The position numbers and the translations under genes are program-made. The notes under the pieces were generated by a model. That model had not been told where the DNA came from, made no database searches, and saw nothing but the letters and a program-made list of their open reading frames with translations. Below, one piece after another: positions 29,324-38,413 of a stretch of 62,903 bases of DNA. This stretch comes from Actinomycetota bacterium (lineage in GTDB: Bacteria; Actinomycetota; Acidimicrobiia; Acidimicrobiales; AC-35), in contig VAXP01000119.1 in the NCBI GenBank assembly GCA_005884125.1, positions 18,788 to 81,690 of the forward strand, given 5' to 3'. Within the stretch, counting starts at the first letter, position 1. Every line of letters starts with the position of its first letter.

Positions 29324-29965
29324 ATGGTCGAGCTCGTCGCCCTGGAGATCGCCGACGCCCCCGGGGTGTGGGGCGGCCTGGGCTTCGCGGTGGACGGCGG
29401 GGTCTGCAGGGTCGGCCGGGTGGCCCACCGCCTGGCCGGCGGGCCGGGCAAGGGCATCGTGTCCTGGACCCTGGACGGCACCAGGACGGAGCCCGCCGCC
29501 ACCCTGGACGGGCTGACCGCGGGTTCGGGGCCGGGGCCGGCCGCGACGGCCACGGTCACCGCCTCACGCCACCCCAACGGGGTGGTGGCCATCGACCATC
29601 TTGTGGTGTTCACGCCCGACCTCGAGCGCACCGTCTCGGCCCTGACCGAGGCCGGGTGCCAGGAGCGGCGCCGGCGCCGGTCCGCCACCTACGGACGCGA
29701 GATGGTGCAGGCCTTCTTCCGCCTGGGCGAGGTGGTGCTCGAGGTGGTCAGCGGGGCCCGACCCGCGGGCGACGGCCCGGCCCGCTTCTTCGGCCTGGCC
29801 TTCACCGTCGCCGACCTCGACGCCACCGCCCGCCATCTGGGCGACCGCCTCCATCCGGCCAAGGACGCGGTCCAGCCCGGACGGCAGATCGCCACCCTCG
29901 ACCGGGATGCGGGCTCGACGGTGGCCATGGCCTTCATGAGCCCGGGACGGCCGGAGCCGGCGTGA
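29324..29965 (+). CDS. VOC/glyoxalase-like domain protein
   Basis: VAIDHLVVFTPDLERTVSALTEAG...FFRLGEVVLEVV...FGLAFTVADLDA is consistent with glyoxalase-like beta-alpha-beta-beta-beta modules. This is a weak, family-level call. Confidence 0.6.
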   Translation: MVELVALEIADAPGVWGGLGFAVDGGVCRVGRVAHRLAGGPGKGIVSWTLDGTRTEPAATLDGLTAGSGPGPAATATVTASRHPNGVVAIDHLVVFTPDLERTVSALTEAGCQERRRRRSATYGREMVQAFFRLGEVVLEVVSGARPAGDGPARFFGLAFTVADLDATARHLGDRLHPAKDAVQPGRQIATLDRDAGSTVAMAFMSPGRPEPA

Positions 29966-29998
29966 ACGGGCCGGAGTGACGGAGGTGCCGGGACCCAG

Positions 29999-31555
29999 GT
30001 GAGCGACAGCTGGAAACCCGAGGTGGAGGAGCTGCGCCGCCGGGAGGAGCTGGCCCGTGCCATGGGCGGGCCCGACAAGGTGGCCCGCCACAAGGGGGCG
30101 GGCAGGCTGACGGTCAGGGAGCGCATCGACGCCCTCCTCGACGCCGGCAGCTTCCACGAGATCGGCACTCTGGCCGGCCGGGCCACCTACGCCGAGAAGG
30201 GCTCCGGTCTCACCGGCTTCTCGCCCACCAACTTCGTGATGGGGCGGGGACGCATCCAGGGCCGGCCCGTGGTGGTGGGCGGGGACGACTTCACCGTCAG
30301 AGGCGGAGCGGCCGACGCGTCCATCTGGCAGAAGCAGGCCATGTCCGAGCAGATGGCCAACGAGCTGCGCCTGCCCGTGGTGCGCCTCATCGACGGCAGC
30401 GGCGGTGGGGGCTCGGTCAAGTCGCTGGAGACGACGGGGCGGACCTACGTGCCCTACAACCCGGGGTGGGACTGGGTGGTGGCCAACCTGGCCACGGTGC
30501 CGGTGGTGTCGCTGGCTCTGGGGTCGGTCGCCGGTCTGGGCGCGGCCCGGGTGGTCACCAGCCACTACTCGGCCATGGTGAAGGGCACGTCGCAGGTCTT
30601 CGTGGCCGGGCCGCCGGTGGTGGCCCGCCTGGGCGAGCAGGTGGACAAGGAGGAGCTGGGCGGGAGCCACATCCACGCCCGCAACGGCACCGTCGACGAC
30701 GAGGTGGGCAGCGAGGAGGAGGCCTTCGCCCGGGCCCGGCGCTTCCTCTCCTTCCTCCCCTCTTCCGTGCACGGGCTGGCCGGGCGGGTCGCCACCGAGG
30801 ACCCGCCCGACCGGCGCGAGGAGTGGCTGCTCGAGGCCATCCCCAGGAACCGGCGGGCCGTCTACCGGGCCCGGCGGATCATCGAGGCCGTGTTCGACCA
30901 GGGCTCCTTCTTCGAGACCGGGCGCCTGTGGGGCAGGTCGGCCGTCACCGGGCTGGCCCGCCTGTCGGGCTGGCCGGTGGCGGTCCTGGCCGGCGACCCC
31001 TACCACTACGGGGCGGGCTGGACGGCCGACGCGTCCCAGAAGGTGGCCCGTCACGTCGACCTGGCCGACACCTTCCACCTGCCCGTGGTGCACCTGGTCG
31101 ACCAGCCCGGCTTCGTGATCGGGGTGGCCGCGGAGCGGGCCTCGACCATCCGCCACGGGGCCCGGGCCCTGGCCGCGGTGTACCAGGCCTCGGTGCCGTG
31201 GTGCTCGGTCATCCTGCGCCGGGTCTTCGGCGTGGCCGGCGCCGCCCACCAGAACGCGTCCCGGCTCTCCTACCGCTACGCCTGGCCCTCGGGGGACTGG
31301 GGCTCGCTGCCCCTCGAGGGCGGGATCGAGGCCGCCTACAAGGCCCAGCTGGCGGCGTCCGAGGACCCCGACGCCGTCCGCGCCGAGATCGAGGAACGGA
31401 TGAACCTGGTCCGCTCGCCCTTCCGCACGGCCGAGTCGTTCCTCGTCGAGGAGATCATCGATCCCCGCGACACCAGGCCCCTGCTCTGCGAGTTCGCCGA
31501 GCTGGCCGCTGCGCTGAGGATCCCCGGGCCCACGGCCCGCCCCCTGCGCCCCTGA
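29999..31555 (+). CDS. Acyl-CoA carboxylase carboxyltransferase (beta) subunit
   Basis: 518 aa with two crotonase-like halves: GRIQGRPVVVGGDDFTVRGGA, VRLIDGSGGG and PVVHLVDQPGFVIG. No biotin carboxylase or BCCP gene is nearby. Confidence 0.88.
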   Translation: MSDSWKPEVEELRRREELARAMGGPDKVARHKGAGRLTVRERIDALLDAGSFHEIGTLAGRATYAEKGSGLTGFSPTNFVMGRGRIQGRPVVVGGDDFTVRGGAADASIWQKQAMSEQMANELRLPVVRLIDGSGGGGSVKSLETTGRTYVPYNPGWDWVVANLATVPVVSLALGSVAGLGAARVVTSHYSAMVKGTSQVFVAGPPVVARLGEQVDKEELGGSHIHARNGTVDDEVGSEEEAFARARRFLSFLPSSVHGLAGRVATEDPPDRREEWLLEAIPRNRRAVYRARRIIEAVFDQGSFFETGRLWGRSAVTGLARLSGWPVAVLAGDPYHYGAGWTADASQKVARHVDLADTFHLPVVHLVDQPGFVIGVAAERASTIRHGARALAAVYQASVPWCSVILRRVFGVAGAAHQNASRLSYRYAWPSGDWGSLPLEGGIEAAYKAQLAASEDPDAVRAEIEERMNLVRSPFRTAESFLVEEIIDPRDTRPLLCEFAELAAALRIPGPTARPLRP

Positions 31556-31564
31556 GCCCGGGCG

Positions 31565-32443
31565 TCAGATGGCCTGGGGGGCGTTCCAGGCGACGCCCAG
31601 CCCGGCCAGCACCCGGGCCAGCGCGGCGGGCGTGTCGGACATGACGCCGTCGACTCCGACGCCCACCAGGCGCTCCATCTCCGCGGGGTCGTCGATGGTC
31701 CACACGTGCACGGCGGCGCCGGCGCGGTGGGCGGCGGCGACGAAGGCCTCGTCCACCACGGTGACGGACTGGAACGTGGGGGGCACCTGCAGGGCGACGT
31801 GGCGGCCGAGGGCCGCGGCCGCGGCGGCGTCGTCGCCTTCGCGCACGGCGCGGTAGAACAGGGCCGTGGCCGCGGTGCCGGCCGAGGTGCAGACCTCCGG
31901 GGCCTGGGCCGCGAAGGCGCTGGTGGCCTGGTCGTGGAAGGAGGCCACGATGACGTCGTCGCCACGCCCGAACTCGCGCAGGAGGCGGGCCAGGGCGGCC
32001 TCGTAGGGCTCGACCTCGGGCGCCGTGCGCTTGACGTCGAGGTTCAGGGGCACACCGGGGAACTCCGACAGCACCTCGCGCAGCGCGGGAACGCGCAGCT
32101 CGGTGTCCTCGGGGGCGCGACCTCGCAGGACGTACTCCTCCTCGGGTCGGCCCCGGACCGTCACCTCACCGGGCACGAACCAGTAGGCGTTGTCCAGGGC
32201 CTGAACCTGGTCCAGGGTGAGACCGGCGATGGCCCCGCTTCCCCCCGTCGTCCGGTCGACGGTCGGGTCGTGGCACACGACCAGCTCCCCGTCGACGGTG
32301 GCGTGGACGTCCAGCTCGAGGGCCGAGGCCCCCGCGGCCAGGGCCCGGCGCATGGCCCAGAGCGTGCTGGAGGGCCCCTCCCGGGCCCCTCCCTGGTGGG
32401 CAAAGGCCAGGACACGGCGGTCGAGCCAGGGATTCCCGCCCAC
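31565..32443 (-). CDS. Glycerophosphodiester phosphodiesterase family protein
   Basis: VLAFAHQGGAREGPSSTLWAMRRALAAGASALELDVHATVDGELVVCHD...VHVWTIDD are GDPD motifs. Confidence 0.88.
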   Translation of the reverse strand: MGGNPWLDRRVLAFAHQGGAREGPSSTLWAMRRALAAGASALELDVHATVDGELVVCHDPTVDRTTGGSGAIAGLTLDQVQALDNAYWFVPGEVTVRGRPEEEYVLRGRAPEDTELRVPALREVLSEFPGVPLNLDVKRTAPEVEPYEAALARLLREFGRGDDVIVASFHDQATSAFAAQAPEVCTSAGTAATALFYRAVREGDDAAAAAALGRHVALQVPPTFQSVTVVDEAFVAAAHRAGAAVHVWTIDDPAEMERLVGVGVDGVMSDTPAALARVLAGLGVAWNAPQAI

Positions 32444-32469
32444 GGGTCAGACGGTACCGTGGGCCTCTG

Positions 32470-33090
32470 ATGGACCACGCCCTGCTGGAGGCCATCGCCG
32501 CCCTCCGCCACTGCTTCGACGACGCCCTCCTGGAGCGCCAGGCGGCCGTGGACGAGCGCTTCCAGGTGGACATTCTGGGCGGGGACATGTCCTTCGAGAC
32601 CTCCTACAGCCTGCCCGGGGAGGGGCCGGCCCCCCGTGTCAGGGCCGACATCGGCCTGGAGTGGCCCACCTGGAGCCAGGCCGCCTACCGCTCCTGGGCC
32701 ATCGGGGAGGGCTTCGACGAGCCCCCGGAGCTGATCGTGGAGGTCACCCTCCGCCTCCAGCGCCTGGTGGCGCCGCCCGATCCCCGGATAGCCATGGGGT
32801 TGCTGCCCGAGGAGATCCACGCCCTGGGCCTGGGCTGTGACACCCTGGAGAGGGCCGAGCCCACCGTCGAGCAGATCTTCAACACACCTCCGGACGTGGC
32901 CGAGTGCTCACTGGAAGTGACCTACGACGGTACCCTGCGCCTGGACGAGCCCGTTCTCGAGTCCCCCGACGCCATGCGGGCCTGCTTCGCCCCCCTGGCC
33001 CGGTGGGTGGCGTCGACCCTGGTGCGCCTGGGCGACCTCCCCCTGGAGTTCCTGCCCGAGGAGGAGAGCGAGGCCGAGGCCTCCGACTAG
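32470..33090 (+). CDS. Hypothetical acidic protein, no recognisable domain
   Basis: 206-aa ORF with genome-typical GC3 codon usage, no better competing ORF, and an acidic C-terminus (EEESEAEASD). Confidence 0.55.
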   Translation: MDHALLEAIAALRHCFDDALLERQAAVDERFQVDILGGDMSFETSYSLPGEGPAPRVRADIGLEWPTWSQAAYRSWAIGEGFDEPPELIVEVTLRLQRLVAPPDPRIAMGLLPEEIHALGLGCDTLERAEPTVEQIFNTPPDVAECSLEVTYDGTLRLDEPVLESPDAMRACFAPLARWVASTLVRLGDLPLEFLPEEESEAEASD

Positions 33091-33103
33091 AGACCCGGCG
33101 GCC

Positions 33104-34198
33104 TCAGGGTCCGCGCCCGGCGGCCCGGCGGCCACCCGCGGTCGGCTCCAGCAGGCCGGCCTCGGCCGCCAGCGCCTCCAGGGGGACCAGGGGCCGGGCG
33201 CCCAGGTGGCCGATGACCTCGGCCGCGGCCAGCCCCCCCAGCTGGGCGCAGCGCTCGAGGGCGACGCCCCGGGCCAGGCCCAGGAGGAACCCGGCGGCGT
33301 AGAGGTCGCCGGCCCCGGTGGTGTCGACGACCCGCTCCACCGGGTGGGCGTCCACGGCCAGGACCTGGTCCCCGGCCACCACGACCGAGCCCGCCGGGCC
33401 CCGGGTCACGGCCGCCACCGAGCAGCGGGAGGACACCAGCCCCAGGGCCTGATCGAGCCCGCCCACCTGGAACAGCGACGTGAGCTCCACGGCGTTGGCG
33501 AACAGCACCCCCACGCCGCTGTCGATCAGCTCCAGGAACTCTTCCCGGTGGCGCTCGACGCAGAAGGGGTCGGAAAGGGTGAGGGCGACCTCGGCTCCCG
33601 TCTCTCGGGCCAGGGCCACGGTGCGGCGCAGGGCCTGCTTGGCCTGGGGCGGGTCCCACAGGTAACCCTCCAGGTAGACGAGGCGGCTGTCGGCGATGAG
33701 GCCGGCGTCGATGTCCTCGGGCTCCAGGCAGGCGGCCGCGCCCAGATGCGTGTTCATGGTGCGCTCACCGTCGGGCGTCACGAAGATGAGGCAGCGGGCG
33801 GTGGCCGGGCCCGAGGTCGCCGCCGGGGTGGTGAAGCGCACTCCGGCGGCGCGCAGGTCGTGGGCGAACACCGCGCCGAGCTGGTCGTCGCGCACGCGTC
33901 CGATGAAGGCGGCCGAGCCGCCGAGGGAGGCCACGCCGGCCACGGTGTTGGCCGCCGAGCCGCCCGAGGCCTCCACGGCCGGGCCCATGGCCCGGTACAG
34001 GCGGTCGGCCGAGGCCGAGTCGACCAGGGCCATGGTCCCCTTCACCAGGCCGAGGCGGCCCAGCACCTGGTCTTCGGTCTCGGCCAGCACGTCGACGATG
34101 GCGCTCCCCACCGCGACCACGTCGATCCCGACCGCCTGGCGCGCCGGGGGCGGCGTGTCGGGCACGCACTGGACCGTAGTCGGGCGCCCTGACAGCAT
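33104..34198 (-). CDS. PfkB-family kinase (adenosine kinase-like)
   Basis: VVAVGSAIVDVL, ASGGSAANTVAG, and C-terminal VVDTTGAGDLYAAGFLLG (PfkB signature 2). Start at ATG 34198, or alternatively GTG 34165; the 507-aa ORF-track call is over-extended. Confidence 0.85.
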   Translation of the reverse strand: MLSGRPTTVQCVPDTPPPARQAVGIDVVAVGSAIVDVLAETEDQVLGRLGLVKGTMALVDSASADRLYRAMGPAVEASGGSAANTVAGVASLGGSAAFIGRVRDDQLGAVFAHDLRAAGVRFTTPAATSGPATARCLIFVTPDGERTMNTHLGAAACLEPEDIDAGLIADSRLVYLEGYLWDPPQAKQALRRTVALARETGAEVALTLSDPFCVERHREEFLELIDSGVGVLFANAVELTSLFQVGGLDQALGLVSSRCSVAAVTRGPAGSVVVAGDQVLAVDAHPVERVVDTTGAGDLYAAGFLLGLARGVALERCAQLGGLAAAEVIGHLGARPLVPLEALAAEAGLLEPTAGGRRAAGRGP

Positions 34199-34204
34199 GA
34201 CCGG

Positions 34205-34675
34205 GTGCTCGAGACCGGCCGCCCTGCCCCCGACCTCGAGCTGCCCGACCAGGACGGCCGTCCCGTGCGCCTTCGCGACCACGCCGGGCGGTGGGTCGTG
34301 CTGTGGTGGTATCCCAAGGCCGCCACCCCGGGCTGAACGAGGGAGGGGCAGGGGTTCCGTGACCGAACCCCAGAGCTGACGGAGGCGGGGGCGGACGTGC
34401 TCGGGGTCTCCTTCGACACCCCCGAGGACAACAAGAGCTTCGCCGAGGCGGAGTCCTTCCCGTTCCCGCTGCTCTCCGACGTGGATCGGGCCGCGGCCGA
34501 CGCCTACGGGACCCGGAGGCCTCCGGAGGACCCCCTGGCCGCCCACGTGCCCAGGCGCACCACCTTCCTCATCGACCCCCAGGGCGTGGTGCGGAGGATC
34601 TACGAGGTCACCGACGTGGCCGGTCACGCCCAGGAGGTCCTGGCCGACCTGAAGGCGCTGACCGGAGGGGCCTAG
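34205..34675 (+). CDS. bcp: Bcp/PrxQ-type peroxiredoxin with in-frame TGA (34334-34336) at the peroxidatic Cys position; candidate selenocysteine, or alternatively a nonsense pseudogene
   Basis: Single-frame translation from GTG 34205: VLETGRPAPDLELPDQDGRPVRLRDHAGRWVVLWWYPKAATPG[TGA]TREGQGFRDRTPELTEAGADVLGVSFDTPEDNKSFAE...FPLLSD...RTTFLIDPQG. This is colinear with E. coli Bcp (YFYPKAMTPGCT). The ORF track lists only the last 92 aa. Confidence 0.7.
34351..34371 (+). promoter_or_regulatory. SECIS-like hairpin 14 nt downstream of the in-frame UGA
   Basis: GGGGUUC-CGUGACC-GAACCCC: a 7-bp stem and a 7-nt loop containing GU, with the loop about 25 nt from the UGA. Confidence 0.45.
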
Positions 34676-34697
34676 CCTCCCCTAGGCTCCCCCGGCC

Positions 34698-37268
34698 GTG
34701 GCCCAGGACCACGCCGCCTTCCGCCTGCCCCGCACCGTCGAGCCCCGGCGCTACGAGCTGACGCTGTGGCCCGACCTGGAGGTCTTCTCCTTCACGGGCA
34801 CCGAGCGCGTCCTGGTGCGGGTGCTCGAGCCCGTCAGCGAGCTCGTGCTCAACGCCGTGGAGCTCGAGGTGCGCTCGGCGACGATGGAGCGCGAGGGAAA
34901 CGAGCCCGTCGAGGCCGCGGTGTCCTATGAGCCCGGCGACGAGCGCGTGCGCCTGACCCTGCCCACGGCCCTGGACCCGGGGGACTGGACCCTGCACCTC
35001 GCCTTCGCCGGCCAGATCACCGACGAGCTGCGGGGCTTCTACCGCAGCACCTTCCGCGACATCGACGGCCGGGAGCGGGTGCTGGGCACGACGCAGTTCG
35101 AGGCGACCGACGCGCGGCGGGCCTTCCCGTGCTGGGACGAGCCCGACCGCAAGGCGACCTTCGCCCTGACGCTGGTCATCGATCCTGCGCTGACCGCCGT
35201 CTCCAACACGTCGGTCGCGGCCGAGGCCGAGGCGGACGGCGGGCGAAGGCAGGTGAGCTTCGCCGAGACCATCCCCATGTCCAGCTACCTCGTCGCCTTC
35301 GTGATCGGTCCCCTGGAGGCGACGGCTCCCGTCGAGGTCGACGGCGTCCCCCTCCGCATCGTGCACGTGCCCGGCAAGGCCGGCCTCACCTCCTTCGCCC
35401 TGGAGGCGGCCACCCACGCCCTGGGCTTCTTCGCGGAGTGGTTCGCCATCGCCTACCCGGGCGACAAGCTCGACCACGTCGCCATCCCCGACTTCGCCTT
35501 CGGCGCCATGGAGAACCTGGGCTGCGTTACCTACCGCGAGTCGGTGCTCCTCATCGACCCGGCCGCGTCCACCCAGATGGAGCGCGAGCGGGTGGCCGAG
35601 GTCCTGGCCCACGAGACGGCCCACATGTGGTTCGGCGACCTGGTGACCATGCGCTGGTGGAACGGGCTGTGGCTCAACGAAGCCTTCGCCACCTTCATGG
35701 AGATGCACTGCGTCGACTCCTTCCGCCCGGAGTGGGAGCGGTGGGTCAGCTTCGGCTTGAGCCGGGAGACGGCCATGGCCACCGACGGCCTGGCCGCCAC
35801 CCGTCCCATCGAGTTCCCCGTGGCCCGCCCCGAGGAGGCCGAGGGCATGTTCGACGTGCTCACCTACCAGAAGGGGTGCGCGGTCCTGCGCATGCTCGAG
35901 CAGTACCTGGGGGCCGAGCGCTTTCGTGACGGCATCCGCCGCTACCTCGACGAGCACCGTTACGGCAACGCCGAGACCACGGACCTGTGGGACGCCATCG
36001 AGGAGACGACGGGCGAGCCCGTGCGGGCCACCATGGACTCCTGGATCTTCCAGGGCGGCCATCCCCTGGTGACGGTGTCGGTGGCCGGGGACGGGCGCAC
36101 CCTGGAGCTGGACCAGCGCCCCTTCCGCTACCTCGTGGGCGACGACGGGGGGCGCCCCTGGCACGTGCCCGTCCTCTACCGGACCGAAGCCGGAGGGCGC
36201 ACCGGCCAGGACCGCCTGCTCCTCTCGGGCGAAGGCGCCCGGGTCGAGCTGCCGGGGCCCCCGGACCTGGTCCTGGTCAACGCCGGGGGGTCGGGGTTCT
36301 ACCGGGTCCGCTACCAGGACGAGCTGTTCGGCGCCCTCGTCTCCGCCTTCGGCCGCCTCGACGGCCTGGAGCGCTGCAACCTGGTCGCCGACACCTGGGC
36401 CTGCGTGCTCGCCGGCCTCTCGCCCGCGGCCGACTTCCTGGCCCTGGCCAAGAAGATGGGGGGCGAGACCGACCCCACGGTGTGGGACGTGGTCCTGGGC
36501 GCCCTCGACCTGCTCGACCGGGTCCTGCCCGAGGACGACCGCCCCCGGCTCCAGGCCTTCGTGCGGGCCCTGGCCGGTCCCCTCTTCGCCGAGCTGGGAT
36601 GGCGGCCGGGCCAGGACGAGCCCGAGCGCCGGGGCCTGCTGCGGGCGACTCTCCTCAGGGCCCTGGGGACCATCGGGGCCGACCCCGAGGTCCGGGCCCG
36701 GGCCGTGGAGCTGCACCGGGGCCTGCTCCAGAACAGCTGCGCCGTCGACCCCCAGCTGCTGGGCGCCCTGGTGCGGGTGGCGGCGGCCGCGGGAGGGAGC
36801 GACCAGTACGAGCTGTTCGTGCAGCGGTGGCGCTCCCCGGCCAACCCCCAGGAGGAGCTGCGCTACCTGTACGGCCTGGCCGCCTTCGACGACCCCGACC
36901 TCATGGCCCGCACCCTGGAGCTGGCCCTGCGGGAGGTGCGCCCCCAGAACGCCCCCTTCCTGCTCCTCACCGCCCTGGCCAACCGGGCCCGGGGCCCCGA
37001 GGCGTGGGAGTTCGTCAAGCAGCACTGGGACGAGCTGTGCGCCCGACTCCCCGACAACACCATCCGGCGCATGCTGGAGGGGGTGGCCACCCTCTGCGCG
37101 CCCGAGCCGGCGGCCGACGCCCACGCCTTCCTGGCCGCCCATCCCCTGCGGTCGGGCCAGCTCACGGTGGACCAGATCCTGGAGCGCCTCGACGTGCACG
37201 TCGCCTTCGCCCAGCGGGAGGGCGCCCATCTGGGCCGCCTGCTCGTCCCCGACGGGGACGACCGCTGA
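34698..37268 (+). CDS. pepN: Aminopeptidase N (M1 family)
   Basis: GAMENLG exopeptidase motif and HETAHMWFGDLVTMRWWNGLWLNEAFA (HExxH-x18-E); 856 aa. Confidence 0.95.
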   Translation: MAQDHAAFRLPRTVEPRRYELTLWPDLEVFSFTGTERVLVRVLEPVSELVLNAVELEVRSATMEREGNEPVEAAVSYEPGDERVRLTLPTALDPGDWTLHLAFAGQITDELRGFYRSTFRDIDGRERVLGTTQFEATDARRAFPCWDEPDRKATFALTLVIDPALTAVSNTSVAAEAEADGGRRQVSFAETIPMSSYLVAFVIGPLEATAPVEVDGVPLRIVHVPGKAGLTSFALEAATHALGFFAEWFAIAYPGDKLDHVAIPDFAFGAMENLGCVTYRESVLLIDPAASTQMERERVAEVLAHETAHMWFGDLVTMRWWNGLWLNEAFATFMEMHCVDSFRPEWERWVSFGLSRETAMATDGLAATRPIEFPVARPEEAEGMFDVLTYQKGCAVLRMLEQYLGAERFRDGIRRYLDEHRYGNAETTDLWDAIEETTGEPVRATMDSWIFQGGHPLVTVSVAGDGRTLELDQRPFRYLVGDDGGRPWHVPVLYRTEAGGRTGQDRLLLSGEGARVELPGPPDLVLVNAGGSGFYRVRYQDELFGALVSAFGRLDGLERCNLVADTWACVLAGLSPAADFLALAKKMGGETDPTVWDVVLGALDLLDRVLPEDDRPRLQAFVRALAGPLFAELGWRPGQDEPERRGLLRATLLRALGTIGADPEVRARAVELHRGLLQNSCAVDPQLLGALVRVAAAAGGSDQYELFVQRWRSPANPQEELRYLYGLAAFDDPDLMARTLELALREVRPQNAPFLLLTALANRARGPEAWEFVKQHWDELCARLPDNTIRRMLEGVATLCAPEPAADAHAFLAAHPLRSGQLTVDQILERLDVHVAFAQREGAHLGRLLVPDGDDR

Positions 37269-37306
37269 GCGCTGAGTCCCGGCCCGCCCGTCCCCGCCAC
37301 CTCGAG

Positions 37307-38413
37307 GTGTTCGCGGTGGAGGACACCTCGGTGCAGGTGTGCTGGGACCGGCTCCCGCCCGGCGCCGTGGCGCTGGAAGCCGGGGGCTCCCGGGTGGAGG
37401 TGGAGGGCGGCGGCGGGCCTGGGTCGGTCTCCCTCGACGGCCTGCCCCCCGACGCCGCGCTCGAGCTGACCGTGACCGCTCACGGGCAGCCCCGCAGGCG
37501 GGCGCGCCGCTTCAGGACCCTGCCTCCGCCCCCCGGCCGCCTCCTCAGCCGGTTCGCCACCGTCAACGACCTCCACATCGGCGAGAGGGGGTTCGGGCTG
37601 GTGCAGCGCCTCCACGACGACGGCGGTCCCGACGGCGAGCCCTACCCGGTGCGTTGCGCGAGGGCCGCGGTGCGGGAGGCGGTGGCGTGGGGGGCGGACA
37701 CCCTCGTGGCCAAGGGCGACCTGACCTGGAGCGGCCGGCCCGGGCAGTGGGAGACCATCGCCGGGATCCTGGGCTCGGCCGGGGTGCCGGTGCACGCCGT
37801 GCCCGGCAACCACGACACGGGCCGCAAGTCGGTGGAGGGAGGGCCCGTCCTACGCGGCCACGGCGTGGACATGCGGGACGGAGAGTGGGCCGTCGACCTG
37901 GCCGGGATACGCGTCGTCATGGTGGACAGCACCTGGCGGGGGCACAGCCGGGGGGAGCTGGACGAGGCCCGGCGGGCCCGGGTGGCCGCCCTGGCGGCAG
38001 GAGGCGGGGGACCGGCCTTCGTCGCCCTCCACCACTACCCCCAGCCCTTCCGGCTGCCCCACATGTACCCGGCCGGGCTCCCGGCCGACCAGGCCCGGGC
38101 CCTGCTGGACGCGCTGGCGGCCGCCAACCCCTCCACCCTGGTCGCCACCGGCCACAGCCACCGCCACCGGGTCCACCGGCGCACCCCGGTGCGGGTGGCC
38201 GAGGTGGGGGCCACGCTCCACTACCCGGGCACGTGGGCGGGCTACGCCGTGCACGAGGGCGGGATCCGCCAGGTCGTCAGGCGCGTCGCCGCCCCCGAGG
38301 CCATGGCCTGGACCGAGCGCACCCGGCGGGTGCTGGGCGGGCTGTGGGGGTGGTGGGCATCGGGCCGCCTGGCCGACCGCTGCTTCACCCTGGGCTGGGC
38401 TGGTCCCCGCTGA
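37307..38413 (+). CDS. Calcineurin-like metallophosphoesterase with an N-terminal Fn3/PAP-like beta domain
   Basis: FATVNDLHIG, AKGDLTWSG, VPGNHD, ATGHSHRH motifs. Start at GTG 37307 or 37316, after the pepN stop; the ORF-track call 35987.. is over-extended. Confidence 0.8.
   Translation: MFAVEDTSVQVCWDRLPPGAVALEAGGSRVEVEGGGGPGSVSLDGLPPDAALELTVTAHGQPRRRARRFRTLPPPPGRLLSRFATVNDLHIGERGFGLVQRLHDDGGPDGEPYPVRCARAAVREAVAWGADTLVAKGDLTWSGRPGQWETIAGILGSAGVPVHAVPGNHDTGRKSVEGGPVLRGHGVDMRDGEWAVDLAGIRVVMVDSTWRGHSRGELDEARRARVAALAAGGGGPAFVALHHYPQPFRLPHMYPAGLPADQARALLDALAAANPSTLVATGHSHRHRVHRRTPVRVAEVGATLHYPGTWAGYAVHEGGIRQVVRRVAAPEAMAWTERTRRVLGGLWGWWASGRLADRCFTLGWAGPR

Noticed and set aside
34334-34336. Treating the TGA as an ordinary stop that separates a 43-aa ORF from an independent 92-aa thioredoxin-fold ORF (as the ORF track implies).
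   Set aside because: Neither fragment would be a functional peroxiredoxin on its own. The codon falls exactly on the catalytic Cys and both flanks are conserved in one frame. It is therefore either Sec recoding or a very recent pseudogene, not two genes. The pseudogene alternative is kept open in the finding.
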